Source of the DNA: a virus
Taxonomy: Duplodnaviria; Caudoviricetes
IMG/VR virus record: IMGVR_UViG_3300022930_000012
Span: 1-41,072 of that record
Reading direction: 5' to 3' (one strand)
Length of the DNA: 41,072 bases
Of this stretch, positions 18,347 through 27,237 are shown one piece after another; position 1 is the stretch's first letter, and every line of letters starts with the position of its first letter. Under the pieces are notes generated by a model. The model had not been told where the DNA came from and did not search any database. It worked only from the letters and a program-made list of their open reading frames with translations. The position numbers and the translations under genes were made by a program.

Positions 18347-19056
18347 TGATAAACTACAAAAACATTGACCAGAATTCCCCTGAATGGTACGCTATAAAAT
18401 GGCGAAAAATAGGTGGTACGTTATCAAAAGGCTTATTTGTTGATTCAGATACGTTATTCATCGAGTTGCTTTCTCAGTTCTTAGAAGAATATAAAGATCA
18501 AGAAGAAGAAGGATATATGAATGATGCAATGATACGAGGCAAAGAATTAGAACCACGCGCACTTGAGTATATTTCACAGTACACCGGAATACAATTTCAT
18601 TCTTCAGGATGGTTGCAAAGCGAAGAAAGTAAATTACTTGGCGTTTCTCCTGATGGAATTTCAGAATGTGAGGAATACGGAGCAGAAGCTAAATGTTTGT
18701 CCAGGAAAGAACATACGGCTATTTTAGTCGAGAACAAAACACCAAAAGAAAAGATACCGCAAATTGTTGAATACTTTACCGCCAACCCTAAATTTAAAAA
18801 AGTTTGGTTTATCGCGTTCCGTCCTGAGAGTATTAAACCCTTTATTGAAGAATTTACGCGTGAATCGGTTGTTGACATGGGATGGAAAAAGAAAATTGAA
18901 GTCGAAGTAATTGGAGCAAAAGGAACTCCAATAAAACCAAAAATTGAAACGGTTACTGATTGGCGAACAATTGACGCGTGGACAAAAATTGCTATTGAGA
19001 GAGCAAATAAATTAGAAATTAGAATCGAAGAAAAAATTAAACAATTAAAATTTTAA
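18346..19056 (+). CDS. YqaJ/lambda-exonuclease family protein
   Basis: QNSPEW, AMIRGKELEP, GVSPDG, EAKC motifs. Confidence 0.9.
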   Translation: MINYKNIDQNSPEWYAIKWRKIGGTLSKGLFVDSDTLFIELLSQFLEEYKDQEEEGYMNDAMIRGKELEPRALEYISQYTGIQFHSSGWLQSEESKLLGVSPDGISECEEYGAEAKCLSRKEHTAILVENKTPKEKIPQIVEYFTANPKFKKVWFIAFRPESIKPFIEEFTRESVVDMGWKKKIEVEVIGAKGTPIKPKIETVTDWRTIDAWTKIAIERANKLEIRIEEKIKQLKF

Positions 19057-19058
19057 AC

Positions 19059-19346
19059 ATGGAATTAAACGGAATTATTGAACACATTGGAGTGGTAGAA
19101 GAAAACGGAACTTTTAAAAAACGCTCGCTTATCTTAGGAACAGAAAAAGAAAGCCAGTACCCGCAATCAATTAACATAGAGTTTCAGCAAGACAAAACAA
19201 GTCTTTTAGATTCTTTATCAGTAGGTCAAGAAGCGAAAGTTTTTATCAATTTAACTGGTAGAAAATGGACAGATGCAAACGGTGTTGATAAATGGTTCAA
19301 TACTATCAAAGGATGGAAAGTGGAAGTTAAAACAAACGCCTTTTAA
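19059..19346 (+). CDS. DUF3127 family ssDNA-binding protein
   Basis: FKKR, QYPQ, INLTGRKW, FNTIKGWK motifs. Confidence 0.85.
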   Translation: MELNGIIEHIGVVEENGTFKKRSLILGTEKESQYPQSINIEFQQDKTSLLDSLSVGQEAKVFINLTGRKWTDANGVDKWFNTIKGWKVEVKTNAF

Positions 19347-19348
19347 CC

Positions 19349-19588
19349 ATGAAATACACAAAATACATTTTATCAATAGTAATTCCTTTTGGGCTTATGT
19401 ACTTAATTGGATGCTTAACGTTTGAAAGTTTTTGGCTTTCGACTTGGAGCAGTAACGGACGGGTTTTAATCGGTTCTTTTGCTTCTGTAATATCAGCGTA
19501 CTTAACAATACATAATATTGCTTTAGATGCTTCTAAAATATACGTTAATGATATTGTAGTTTATGGGGCTAAAATTGTGAAGAAATGA
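19349..19588 (+). CDS. Small membrane protein
   Basis: Two hydrophobic segments. Confidence 0.6.
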   Translation: MKYTKYILSIVIPFGLMYLIGCLTFESFWLSTWSSNGRVLIGSFASVISAYLTIHNIALDASKIYVNDIVVYGAKIVKK

Positions 19589-19758
19589 AATATAATGAAG
19601 AACAACGGAAAAGATACAAAATACCATTAGATAATCCGGAATATAAAAAAGATATGATTCAGGAAGGTATTCAGCAAAATATTGAAGATCATTATTATAA
19701 ACCAGAACCTGAAAAATACGAAATATTTGAGAGCAAATTAAACACAATGAATTTATGA
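19585..19758 (+). CDS. 57-aa hypothetical protein (not in ORF track)
   Basis: ATGA overlaps on both sides. Confidence 0.55.
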   Translation: MKYNEEQRKRYKIPLDNPEYKKDMIQEGIQQNIEDHYYKPEPEKYEIFESKLNTMNL

Positions 19759-19892
19759 AACTACCCGAAGCAATAAGAATATTAGAAGTACACAATTTAG
19801 TGAGACACGGTAAAATGATTGCTAAACCTGATTCAAAAGAATTAACAGAAGCTTTAGAAATAGCTATACGATTACTTAAACAATTAAATTAA
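19755..19892 (+). CDS. 45-aa hypothetical protein (not in ORF track)
   Basis: MKLPEAIRILE...EALEIAIRLL; ends just before terminator. Confidence 0.6.
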   Translation: MKLPEAIRILEVHNLVRHGKMIAKPDSKELTEALEIAIRLLKQLN

Positions 19893-19896
19893 CACC

Positions 19897-19926
19897 AAAG
19901 CCATTTCGAAAGATTTGGCTTTTTTT
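19897..19926 (+). terminator. Rho-independent terminator
   Basis: AAAGCCA...TGGCTTT plus T tract. Confidence 0.75.
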
Positions 19927-19954
19927 AGTGATATGCGGAAAATAAAATAATTTT

Positions 19955-20005
19955 AAAATAATTATTTAAAAAGTATTGTTTATTTAAATATTAGTTATAT
20001 CTTTG
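19955..20005 (+). promoter_or_regulatory. Early promoter, copy 1
   Basis: TTG upstream element plus TATCTTTG (19998-20005); near-duplicate at 20644-20694. Confidence 0.75.
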
Positions 20006-20035
20006 CTTCAGTAATAACCACTAAAACAAAATATC

Positions 20036-20197
20036 ATGGTAAAGAGAATTATTTTAACAGCAATACATTTTAAAGGAATTGACCAAGTAAAATCAGAAGT
20101 AAAAAAATTGGCAGAAAATTGTTTATGTTCTGAATCTCACATAAGAAACATAATAAGACAAGTAGAAAAACAACAAATAATTATAAAATCATGTTAG
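20036..20197 (+). CDS. 53-aa possible HTH protein (not in ORF track)
   Basis: VKKLAENCLCSESHIRNII; first gene after promoter. Confidence 0.55.
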   Translation: MVKRIILTAIHFKGIDQVKSEVKKLAENCLCSESHIRNIIRQVEKQQIIIKSC

Positions 20198-20469
20198 GAG
20201 AGATTAAAACAATCACAGAGTATCATCCAAACGGTGCTCTGTGGTTTACAACGGTAATAGCCTTTGTAAATCCAAAATACGTATCTTTTTATATGAACAA
20301 TACTCAACTAAGAGAATGGAATAGCGTAAAGCCATATATAAAACTTAAATGCGAAAAACATTTTGATAATGGTCAATTCGGATGGAAATTAGAATGGAAT
20401 GAATCGGGAGAATTAATAAATAAAAACGATAGGTCTTACAGAAAAGACGGAACCTTAATTTTACATTAA
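20191..20469 (+). CDS. Hypothetical protein (MORN-variant-like repeats)
   Basis: EYHPNG and HFDNGQ motifs. Confidence 0.55.
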   Translation: MLGEIKTITEYHPNGALWFTTVIAFVNPKYVSFYMNNTQLREWNSVKPYIKLKCEKHFDNGQFGWKLEWNESGELINKNDRSYRKDGTLILH

Positions 20470-20470
20470 A

Positions 20471-20650
20471 ATGGCAGAACAAAAAAAAGACGGTAGAGGC
20501 TCAGGAAGCAAAAAAAACGTAGGCAGGAAGAAACTGACCTACGAAACTAAAATAGTGTATAAAAAAGTGCCTGAATCTATTCACGATTTATGTTGCTCAT
20601 TAGTAGATGCAGAGGTTTTAAAATATAAGCTAAAAAATAAATCAAAATAA
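20471..20650 (+). CDS. 59-aa putative DNA-binding protein (RHH-like with basic arm; not in ORF track)
   Basis: DGRGSGSKKNVGRKK...KIVYKKVPES. Confidence 0.6.
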   Translation: MAEQKKDGRGSGSKKNVGRKKLTYETKIVYKKVPESIHDLCCSLVDAEVLKYKLKNKSK

Positions 20651-20694
20651 TTATTTAAAAAAGCTTGTTTAATTAAATAAATGTATTATCTTTG
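20644..20694 (+). promoter_or_regulatory. Early promoter, copy 2
   Basis: TATCTTTG at 20687-20694. Confidence 0.75.
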
Positions 20695-20716
20695 ACAAAC
20701 AAATAACAAAGAAACC

Positions 20717-20998
20717 ATGAAAACCAAACAAATATTAATGACCTCAGCCCACGCAATCTACAAAACGCAAAACGTAACTTTTTCTGAGGCACTTACAGAG
20801 GCGTGGAGCTTGTTTAAATCAAACACAATGGCTTACGTTATGAAAGCAAATAAGTTGGTTAAAAGCATTGGTTTAGGATATGAAACGGTTTATTTTGATG
20901 AATTGGTTTTTAGTAATATTGTTATGAGTAGAGAATCAGTAGCTTATAATCCTGCTGTTGAAAAATGGTACGATGGTAAAACATTTAATAACGATTAA
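20717..20998 (+). CDS. Hypothetical phage early protein
   Basis: AHAIYK...FSEALTEAW N-terminal motif. Confidence 0.65.
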   Translation: MKTKQILMTSAHAIYKTQNVTFSEALTEAWSLFKSNTMAYVMKANKLVKSIGLGYETVYFDELVFSNIVMSRESVAYNPAVEKWYDGKTFNND

Positions 20999-21000
20999 TT

Positions 21001-21186
21001 ATGGAATATAACGCAGATTGGCACGCTAAAAGAAACGGATTTGAATCGGAATCAGAACGTTGGAGATTATCAAATGAAATTGATAATTCAAAACCTGGTA
21101 ATATTGAAAAATACCATACATGGCAATTTGAAGACGGAACAAAAGAAGGATTATTAAAACTAATTAAAGAATCAAAAAAAGACTAA
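21001..21186 (+). CDS. Hypothetical protein
   Basis: ORF in packed operon. Confidence 0.55.
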   Translation: MEYNADWHAKRNGFESESERWRLSNEIDNSKPGNIEKYHTWQFEDGTKEGLLKLIKESKKD

Positions 21187-21188
21187 CT

Positions 21189-21452
21189 ATGGATAATTTA
21201 TTATTACATGGAACTACTGCTACTTTAATGCGTGATAAACTAAAAGAAGAATGGTTTGCAAAAAGAATAAAATTACATGAAATAAAAGATAGGCTTTGCA
21301 AATTAGAAATCCCTAGTTTTTTACGTAGTCAAATAATTCAAATGTCTGAATACAGAAAATACGATAGGATTAAAGATGATATTGAAGAAGCAATGTTTGA
21401 TGCTGTTTGTTATCATATAGTAAAAGAACTTCTGCAATTCAACAACGATTAA
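21189..21452 (+). CDS. Hypothetical protein
   Basis: ORF in packed operon. Confidence 0.6.
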   Translation: MDNLLLHGTTATLMRDKLKEEWFAKRIKLHEIKDRLCKLEIPSFLRSQIIQMSEYRKYDRIKDDIEEAMFDAVCYHIVKELLQFNND

Positions 21453-21475
21453 TTAACCACTTAAAAATAAATATT

Positions 21476-21700
21476 ATGAAAATAAAATTAGGATTCGGAT
21501 TTTATATTATAAGAACTCCGAAATCAGATAAAAGATTTGTAGCTAACCGAGCGTTAAAATTTATGGATGAATATTTTGGCAAGCATCAATATACTAATCC
21601 TGAGGTAAACATGACAAATAGACGAATGGGTTTTGAAGATGGTTATTTAGCGTGTTTGAAAGATTTAGGAATTAAATTAAGATATCCAACTAAAAAATAA
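21476..21700 (+). CDS. Hypothetical protein
   Basis: ATG 21476 after TAACCAC leader. Confidence 0.6.
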   Translation: MKIKLGFGFYIIRTPKSDKRFVANRALKFMDEYFGKHQYTNPEVNMTNRRMGFEDGYLACLKDLGIKLRYPTKK

Positions 21701-21704
21701 CACC

Positions 21705-21905
21705 ATGCAAGAACAGAAAGAATATCAGATTGAGAAGGTAAATCATTCAAAAATATATATCGTTAACACTTGTTTTGTGATAGACTATTACAAAAACGGA
21801 ACTTTATGCCAAGTTAATTTTTGTAATGAAGATTACGCAAGAGAACAAAAAGTAAAACAATCAGTCGGAATGTGGCGAATCAAACAACAGAAATTAAATC
21901 ACTAA
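21705..21905 (+). CDS. Hypothetical protein
   Basis: ORF in packed operon. Confidence 0.55.
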   Translation: MQEQKEYQIEKVNHSKIYIVNTCFVIDYYKNGTLCQVNFCNEDYAREQKVKQSVGMWRIKQQKLNH

Positions 21906-21917
21906 AAATAAAGGATT

Positions 21918-22280
21918 ATGAAACCAGAAAATAAACCAGCATTCCCAACATTGTTTTACACACAATCTACGGGTCAACCATGCGGACATGATGAAGGAAT
22001 GTCTTTGAGGGATTATTTCGCTAATTCAGCTATGCAAGGACACTTATCTTCTGAGCACGGAGCCGGAATACATTGCGATAATCAAAATAAAGAATATTTA
22101 GCAAAATCGTTTTATAGCATGGCTGATGCAATGTTAAATGAGCGTAACAAAGAAAAAGAAAACGATCTTTTAGATTTAATTAAAAGTTTTGTTTCTGCAG
22201 ACCCAAACGACTCTACTTTTAATTATAAGGCATGTGTTTCAAAAGCTCTTCAATTAATTAGCAAATACGATAATCCATGA
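21918..22280 (+). CDS. Conserved phage protein
   Basis: PAFP...GMSLRDYFANSAMQG motif, common in phage early regions. Confidence 0.75.
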   Translation: MKPENKPAFPTLFYTQSTGQPCGHDEGMSLRDYFANSAMQGHLSSEHGAGIHCDNQNKEYLAKSFYSMADAMLNERNKEKENDLLDLIKSFVSADPNDSTFNYKACVSKALQLISKYDNP

Positions 22281-22407
22281 AAACCACAAACCAACTATTC
22301 CACAAATACAACACCAGTCTTAAAAAACGATTGTTGCCGGAACCGACAAATAGAAATCTTGTTTATATTTATCAAAGATTTGTTGTTAACTTAAATTAAT
22401 AAAATAT

Positions 22408-22692
22408 ATGGAAAATATTAAAATAAATTGCGATTGTGGAATAGTTCACGATGTAAGAAAAGATAATTCAGCACCAAAAAATGCTATTTCAATGGGGTGT
22501 AATTGGTGCCCAGAATGTGAAGATACAGCAGCAGAAGATTATTATCACGAATGGTATAATTTAAATGATGATAACGGCTCAAAAGAAATAGAACCAGATG
22601 TTCCTGATAATCAATTAATGTTATTTTCTATTGTTGATGATATTTTACAAAATCATGTAGTTAATAATGAATCAACAATAAAACAATTATGA
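22408..22692 (+). CDS. Cys-rich acidic protein
   Basis: CDCG and CNWCPEC. Confidence 0.6.
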   Translation: MENIKINCDCGIVHDVRKDNSAPKNAISMGCNWCPECEDTAAEDYYHEWYNLNDDNGSKEIEPDVPDNQLMLFSIVDDILQNHVVNNESTIKQL

Positions 22693-23078
22693 TACAAACA
22701 AACGAATTAAGAATAGGAAATTATGTTTCCAATATTCATGGAGAAACATTAAAGGTATCTATAGTAACTGAAAATGCAATTCATTCAAAGGAGAAGTACG
22801 ATATAATTGGTTGCCCATCATCTTGGATAAATCCAATACACTTAACTGAAGAATGGTTGATTAATTTTGGATTTGAAAAACTTCCTAACAATCGTTTTGA
22901 ACATGATTTATTAGATTGGGAGGTAGAAAGACAAGGAAATAAATTTTCTTTTTGTATTTGGGATGCGGAAAACCCAGCAGTAACAAATTTTATTATGCAC
23001 TCTTATTTTTTGCATACTTTCCAAAACAATTTTTTCGCCCTTACAGGCATCGAACTAACCCATCAAAAAATTAATTAA
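22689..23078 (+). CDS. YopX-like phage protein
   Basis: ELRIGNYV...PIHLTEEWLINFGF. Confidence 0.65.
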   Translation: MIQTNELRIGNYVSNIHGETLKVSIVTENAIHSKEKYDIIGCPSSWINPIHLTEEWLINFGFEKLPNNRFEHDLLDWEVERQGNKFSFCIWDAENPAVTNFIMHSYFLHTFQNNFFALTGIELTHQKIN

Positions 23079-23091
23079 AACCTAAACGGAA

Positions 23092-23331
23092 ATGAGAACA
23101 GCGATAGAAATGCTAGTCGAAGAACTAGAGGCAAAACATTCTGACATACTTTTTCAATACCCCAACTTATTATCGAATATTGACAAGTATTTAGAAACCG
23201 AAAAACAGCAAATTATTGAGGCTGTAACTTACGGTCAAAATAATCATGGAGTATCTATTACATGGGATTTAAAAACAGCAGAACAATACTACGAATCAAC
23301 ATACACAACAAACAAAGAAACTTTAAAATAA
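23092..23331 (+). CDS. Hypothetical phage protein
   Basis: EKQQIIEA...AEQYY motif. Confidence 0.65.
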   Translation: MRTAIEMLVEELEAKHSDILFQYPNLLSNIDKYLETEKQQIIEAVTYGQNNHGVSITWDLKTAEQYYESTYTTNKETLK

Positions 23332-23337
23332 ATTGGG

Positions 23338-23589
23338 ATGAAAACTATTTACAACACATTTATAAAAATGAAATCACAAAGTGATTGCGATATTATGAAG
23401 CAACTATGCATTGATTACAATCTACCAATAGGAAAATATAAGTCATCTTTTGAACTCATGAAAAATATAGGATATGTATTTTTTCATTATTCAGAAAATT
23501 CAAATGCATTTTATATTGGCGATAATTTTTATAACTTCAAAGAAGTAACGAAACAAGAGTTTACCGAACTTTTACAACCAACCCACTAA
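23338..23589 (+). CDS. Hypothetical protein
   Basis: ORF in packed operon. Confidence 0.55.
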   Translation: MKTIYNTFIKMKSQSDCDIMKQLCIDYNLPIGKYKSSFELMKNIGYVFFHYSENSNAFYIGDNFYNFKEVTKQEFTELLQPTH

Positions 23590-23609
23590 CGCCAATAGGT
23601 ATAAAATTT

Positions 23610-23915
23610 ATGATTATGAAATACACGAAAAAACCAGTTGAAATTGAAGCTATTCAGTTAACAGACAAAAACATTTTAGAAGTTTATAGATTCATACACG
23701 GTAAAGAATCAGTTAATTTAAGTATTCGTATGGCTTCTGATAAATGGGATGAATACGAAGAAATAGTAAAGTGTGAAGGTATGGCTTTAAAAACTTTAGA
23801 ATCTCACAATGAATATCAAAAAGCTATTATTTCAGATTACATTATTAAAGGAATTAAGGGAGAGTTTTATCCATGCCGTGAAGATATATTTTTACTAACT
23901 TATGATAAAGTTTAG
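23610..23915 (+). CDS. Conserved phage protein
   Basis: KKPVEIEAIQ...DYIIKGIKGEFYPC. Confidence 0.75.
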   Translation: MIMKYTKKPVEIEAIQLTDKNILEVYRFIHGKESVNLSIRMASDKWDEYEEIVKCEGMALKTLESHNEYQKAIISDYIIKGIKGEFYPCREDIFLLTYDKV

Positions 23916-23982
23916 AATATTTTTAAATATATTTACAAATAATTAAGGCTAGTGAAAATTAGGATGATTAAATAAAAAGAAT

Positions 23983-24035
23983 TATATTTGCTTATAAATA
24001 AATATCAAAAAGCCTGTTTTAAAGAATAGGCTTTT
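23983..24035 (+). promoter_or_regulatory. Promoter plus leader hairpin for replication operon
   Basis: TATATTTG 23983-23990, then AAAAGCCTGTTTT/AGAATAGGCTTTT hairpin. Confidence 0.65.
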
Positions 24036-24063
24036 ATTAAAGTAAAAAATTAAACATCGTATA

Positions 24064-24213
24064 ATGACGAAAGAAATAAGAAAAGATTTGTACACTCAGG
24101 CAGAGTATGCGAAGAAAATAGGCCTAACCCGTGGCCGAGTTAATCAGATGGTTAAGGCCGGAGAACTTAAAACGGTAACAGTAAATGGAGCAACCTTAAT
24201 TAAGATAGGTTAA
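24064..24213 (+). CDS. 49-aa excisionase-like HTH protein (not in ORF track)
   Basis: LYTQAEYAKKIGLTRGRVNQMVKAGELK. Confidence 0.75.
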   Translation: MTKEIRKDLYTQAEYAKKIGLTRGRVNQMVKAGELKTVTVNGATLIKIG

Positions 24214-24249
24214 AAATTTTTAGCTAATAATTATACATCGTTTAATAAA

Positions 24250-26493
24250 ATGGATAAATCATTTTTAAAAAGGCTTGCAGATTCTAACTTATCTATTATT
24301 CCGGTATCGGCCGATAAAAGGCCGTTAGGACAATGGAAAGCATACCAAACAGAAGCACGCACAAAAGAAGATATAGATAAACTAAACAGTCCTTTATATG
24401 GGCTTGTTACAGGTTTCTCAGGTGTTGAAGTTATTGATGTGGATTTAAAGGTTTTTTCTACGCTTCAGGAACAAAACGACTTTTGGAATGAATTACTTTC
24501 TTTCCTAAAAGATAATATTGACGACTTCGATAAAAAGTTTGTTATTTATAAAACTAAGAATCAAGGTTATCATATTTTATACCGTTGTGAATCAATAGTA
24601 GGAAACACAAAAATAGCCGTTTTAGAAGGACATAAAGAGGCCGTCATTGAATCCCGTGGTATTGGCGGAATGGTTGTTTTATATGAAAACCAAATTTCTA
24701 AATTATCGTATTCAGAAATCCAAACTATTTCTGTTCGTGATCGTGAAATTGCCTGGGGAATTGCTAAAACTTACAATTACATTAACCATGAAGAAATTGA
24801 GGCTCCTAAAATAAAAGAGAAGACATACGATGAATCTATTATTACACCATGGGACGATTATAACCAAAAGGTATCAATATTTGAAATAATATCAGGCGAA
24901 TTAAAAATAGTGCGTACATTAAATGATAGATATATTTTACAACGTATTGGTTCTGAAAATCCAATGTCTGGGAGTGTTTTTAAATCTAACGGTTGCATGT
25001 ATTTGTTTTCTACTGGTACCAGTTGGGCACACGAAAAACTTTATAGCCCTTTTACGGCCTACACAAGACTATTCCATCATGATGATTACACGGCATCGGC
25101 CAGAGAATTATACAATAAAGGTTACGGAACCAGATTAATACATAAGAAAATTGAAAAGGCCGAACCTGAAAAACGAGAAACACCAATCATAAATAAGAAT
25201 GATTTAGTTTTTCCTATTGAAATATTTCCGGCACCAATACAATCTTATATTTTGGAATGTAAAGAAACATTAGATAGCTCTATTGATTACATGGGGTGTA
25301 GTATGTTGTGGTTAATTTCGGTTATAGTTGGTAATTCAATACAAATTGAGGTTAAAAAAGGATGGACTGAAACCGCTACAATTTGGTTGGCCGTAGTTGG
25401 TAAGGCCGGACTTGGAAAAACGCCATCTATTCACAATATTATTAAGCCGTTGTTAATGGCCAATAATAAAGAGATTAAAAACTACATTAAACAATCTGAA
25501 AAATTCGAGTACTACGATAAATTATCGGCCAAAGAAAAGAAAGACCATGAAGAAATACAACGGCCAACCAAAAGCCAATTTATAGCCAATGACATTACTA
25601 TTGAAGCCTTAGTTGAATTACATCAAGAAAACCCTAACAGCGTAGGAGTATTTAAAGACGAGTTGGCCGGATGGTTTAAAGACATGAATAAGTATCGTGA
25701 AGGATCAGATTTAGAATTTTGGCTTTCCACATGGAGCGGTAAGGCTATTTCATTAAATCGTAAAACAGCAAAGTCGGCCTTTGTCGATAAACCCTTGGTT
25801 TCAGTTTTAGGAGGTATACAGCCAAGTATTTTAAATTCATTCTATACTGATGATAATAAAGATAATGGTTTTATGGATCGTATGCTTTTATCGTACCCCG
25901 ATTTAGAAATTGAAAAGTGGAATGATAAAGAAATGGATTACGATACAATACAATGGTACCAAGATAGTATAATTGCGTTCTACGAAACAGTAAAACATAA
26001 AGTGGTACAATTTGATTCAGATGGAGATATTGCGCCTAAAACGGCCATAATACCAAAAGAGAGTAAAGCCGAATGGATCAGGGTTTTTAATGAGTATACC
26101 GATATTCAGAATTCAGATGAAGAAAACGAGTACATGAAATCAATGTTGCCAAAACAAAAATCTTATTTACCTCGTTTTGCTTTGCTTTTAAATACGTTAG
26201 ATAGTTTTTTTGATGATACGCACACGGCCGATGCAATGAAGATATCTAAAGAATCAATTTTAAAGGCTGAGAAAGTTTCAAAGTATTTTATAGCCATGGC
26301 AAAAAAGATTAAGGTTAATTCAATTGAAACTCACGAAATAAAATCAATCATAACAACCAACAAATTAAAATCTAATAAGGAGAAGTTTACAGAGCTTTAT
26401 AAAATAAATCCAGAATTAGATAAAAAGGAAGTGGCCGAGATTTTAGGAGTTTCTTTACAGATGATCTATAAATATGTTAAAGAAATGAAGTAG
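24250..26493 (+). CDS. Bifunctional primase-polymerase / DUF3987-type helicase with C-terminal HTH
   Basis: Prim-Pol motifs VIDVD and GYHILY; Walker A GKAGLGKT; DELAGW; LGGIQP; GFMDR; C-terminal VAEILGVSLQMIYKY. Confidence 0.88.
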   Translation: MDKSFLKRLADSNLSIIPVSADKRPLGQWKAYQTEARTKEDIDKLNSPLYGLVTGFSGVEVIDVDLKVFSTLQEQNDFWNELLSFLKDNIDDFDKKFVIYKTKNQGYHILYRCESIVGNTKIAVLEGHKEAVIESRGIGGMVVLYENQISKLSYSEIQTISVRDREIAWGIAKTYNYINHEEIEAPKIKEKTYDESIITPWDDYNQKVSIFEIISGELKIVRTLNDRYILQRIGSENPMSGSVFKSNGCMYLFSTGTSWAHEKLYSPFTAYTRLFHHDDYTASARELYNKGYGTRLIHKKIEKAEPEKRETPIINKNDLVFPIEIFPAPIQSYILECKETLDSSIDYMGCSMLWLISVIVGNSIQIEVKKGWTETATIWLAVVGKAGLGKTPSIHNIIKPLLMANNKEIKNYIKQSEKFEYYDKLSAKEKKDHEEIQRPTKSQFIANDITIEALVELHQENPNSVGVFKDELAGWFKDMNKYREGSDLEFWLSTWSGKAISLNRKTAKSAFVDKPLVSVLGGIQPSILNSFYTDDNKDNGFMDRMLLSYPDLEIEKWNDKEMDYDTIQWYQDSIIAFYETVKHKVVQFDSDGDIAPKTAIIPKESKAEWIRVFNEYTDIQNSDEENEYMKSMLPKQKSYLPRFALLLNTLDSFFDDTHTADAMKISKESILKAEKVSKYFIAMAKKIKVNSIETHEIKSIITTNKLKSNKEKFTELYKINPELDKKEVAEILGVSLQMIYKYVKEMK

Positions 26494-26494
26494 A

Positions 26495-26745
26495 ATTTTA
26501 AACCATTTTAAACTAGGTTTAAACCTGTGAAGCACTATAAACACTGAGCTTTAAAACGTTTAAACCTTTTAAACCAAGTTTAAAATACTTTTCACAAAAA
26601 ACAAAAACACATTTTTATTTTTTAATTATTTTTAAACCAAAAGTTTAAAAGTTTAAAATCACATCTAAAGCCAATGACAATACAGGTTAACATTTTTAAA
26701 CTCGGTTTAATTGGTTTAAAATAAAAAGGCAGTTTAAACCGTTTT
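26495..26745. repeat. Candidate replication origin, TTTAAA iteron array
   Basis: About 13 copies of TTTAAA, mostly as TTTAAAC/GTTTAAA, in non-coding DNA directly after the primase gene. Confidence 0.75.
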
Positions 26746-26786
26746 AATACAAAAAAATGTTATCTTTGTTTAAAATCAACTTAAAA

Positions 26787-27233
26787 ATGGAGAACAATTA
26801 TTCATCAGTATATTTTTTGAAACATAAAAATACTGTGCCTATAAAAATAGGCCATTCAAAAGAACCAAATCCAAAAAGAAGAATACAATCGTATTTAACT
26901 TATGCGCCTTTTGGAATTGATTATTTAGGCCATGTAAAAATTAAGGGAAAAGAAAACAGCGTTCTTTTAGAGAAACGAATTCAGGCCTATTTTAAAGATA
27001 AGAGATTAGTAAAAGAATGGTTTTTAGTATCTGAGGCCGAAATAGTAAATTACTTAGAAAAATCAGGCTTAAAATTTATTAAAAATAATGCCGGAGAGAA
27101 GGTAAAAAGAAAAAACAAAATAGTAGAGTTTTACAACATTCAAAAAAACATTCAAACTACTGCTATTAATTTCAATGTATCGATTCAGTATGTATACCGT
27201 ATTTTAAAGAAACATGGAGTAAAAAAAAAATAA
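26787..27233 (+). CDS. GIY-YIG/T5orf172-like protein with C-terminal HTH
   Basis: VYFL...IKIGHS...RI...LEKRI...EWF; promoter TATCTTTG at 26761-26768. Confidence 0.75.
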   Translation: MENNYSSVYFLKHKNTVPIKIGHSKEPNPKRRIQSYLTYAPFGIDYLGHVKIKGKENSVLLEKRIQAYFKDKRLVKEWFLVSEAEIVNYLEKSGLKFIKNNAGEKVKRKNKIVEFYNIQKNIQTTAINFNVSIQYVYRILKKHGVKKK

Positions 27234-27237
27234 AACT

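Noticed and set aside
21918-23915. Assigning named anti-defence functions to conserved small proteins
   Set aside because: Motifs are familiar from phage early regions but cannot be tied to a specific family without a search
26495-26745. CRISPR-like array
   Set aside because: Repeats are only 6-8 bp with irregular short spacing and no cas genes
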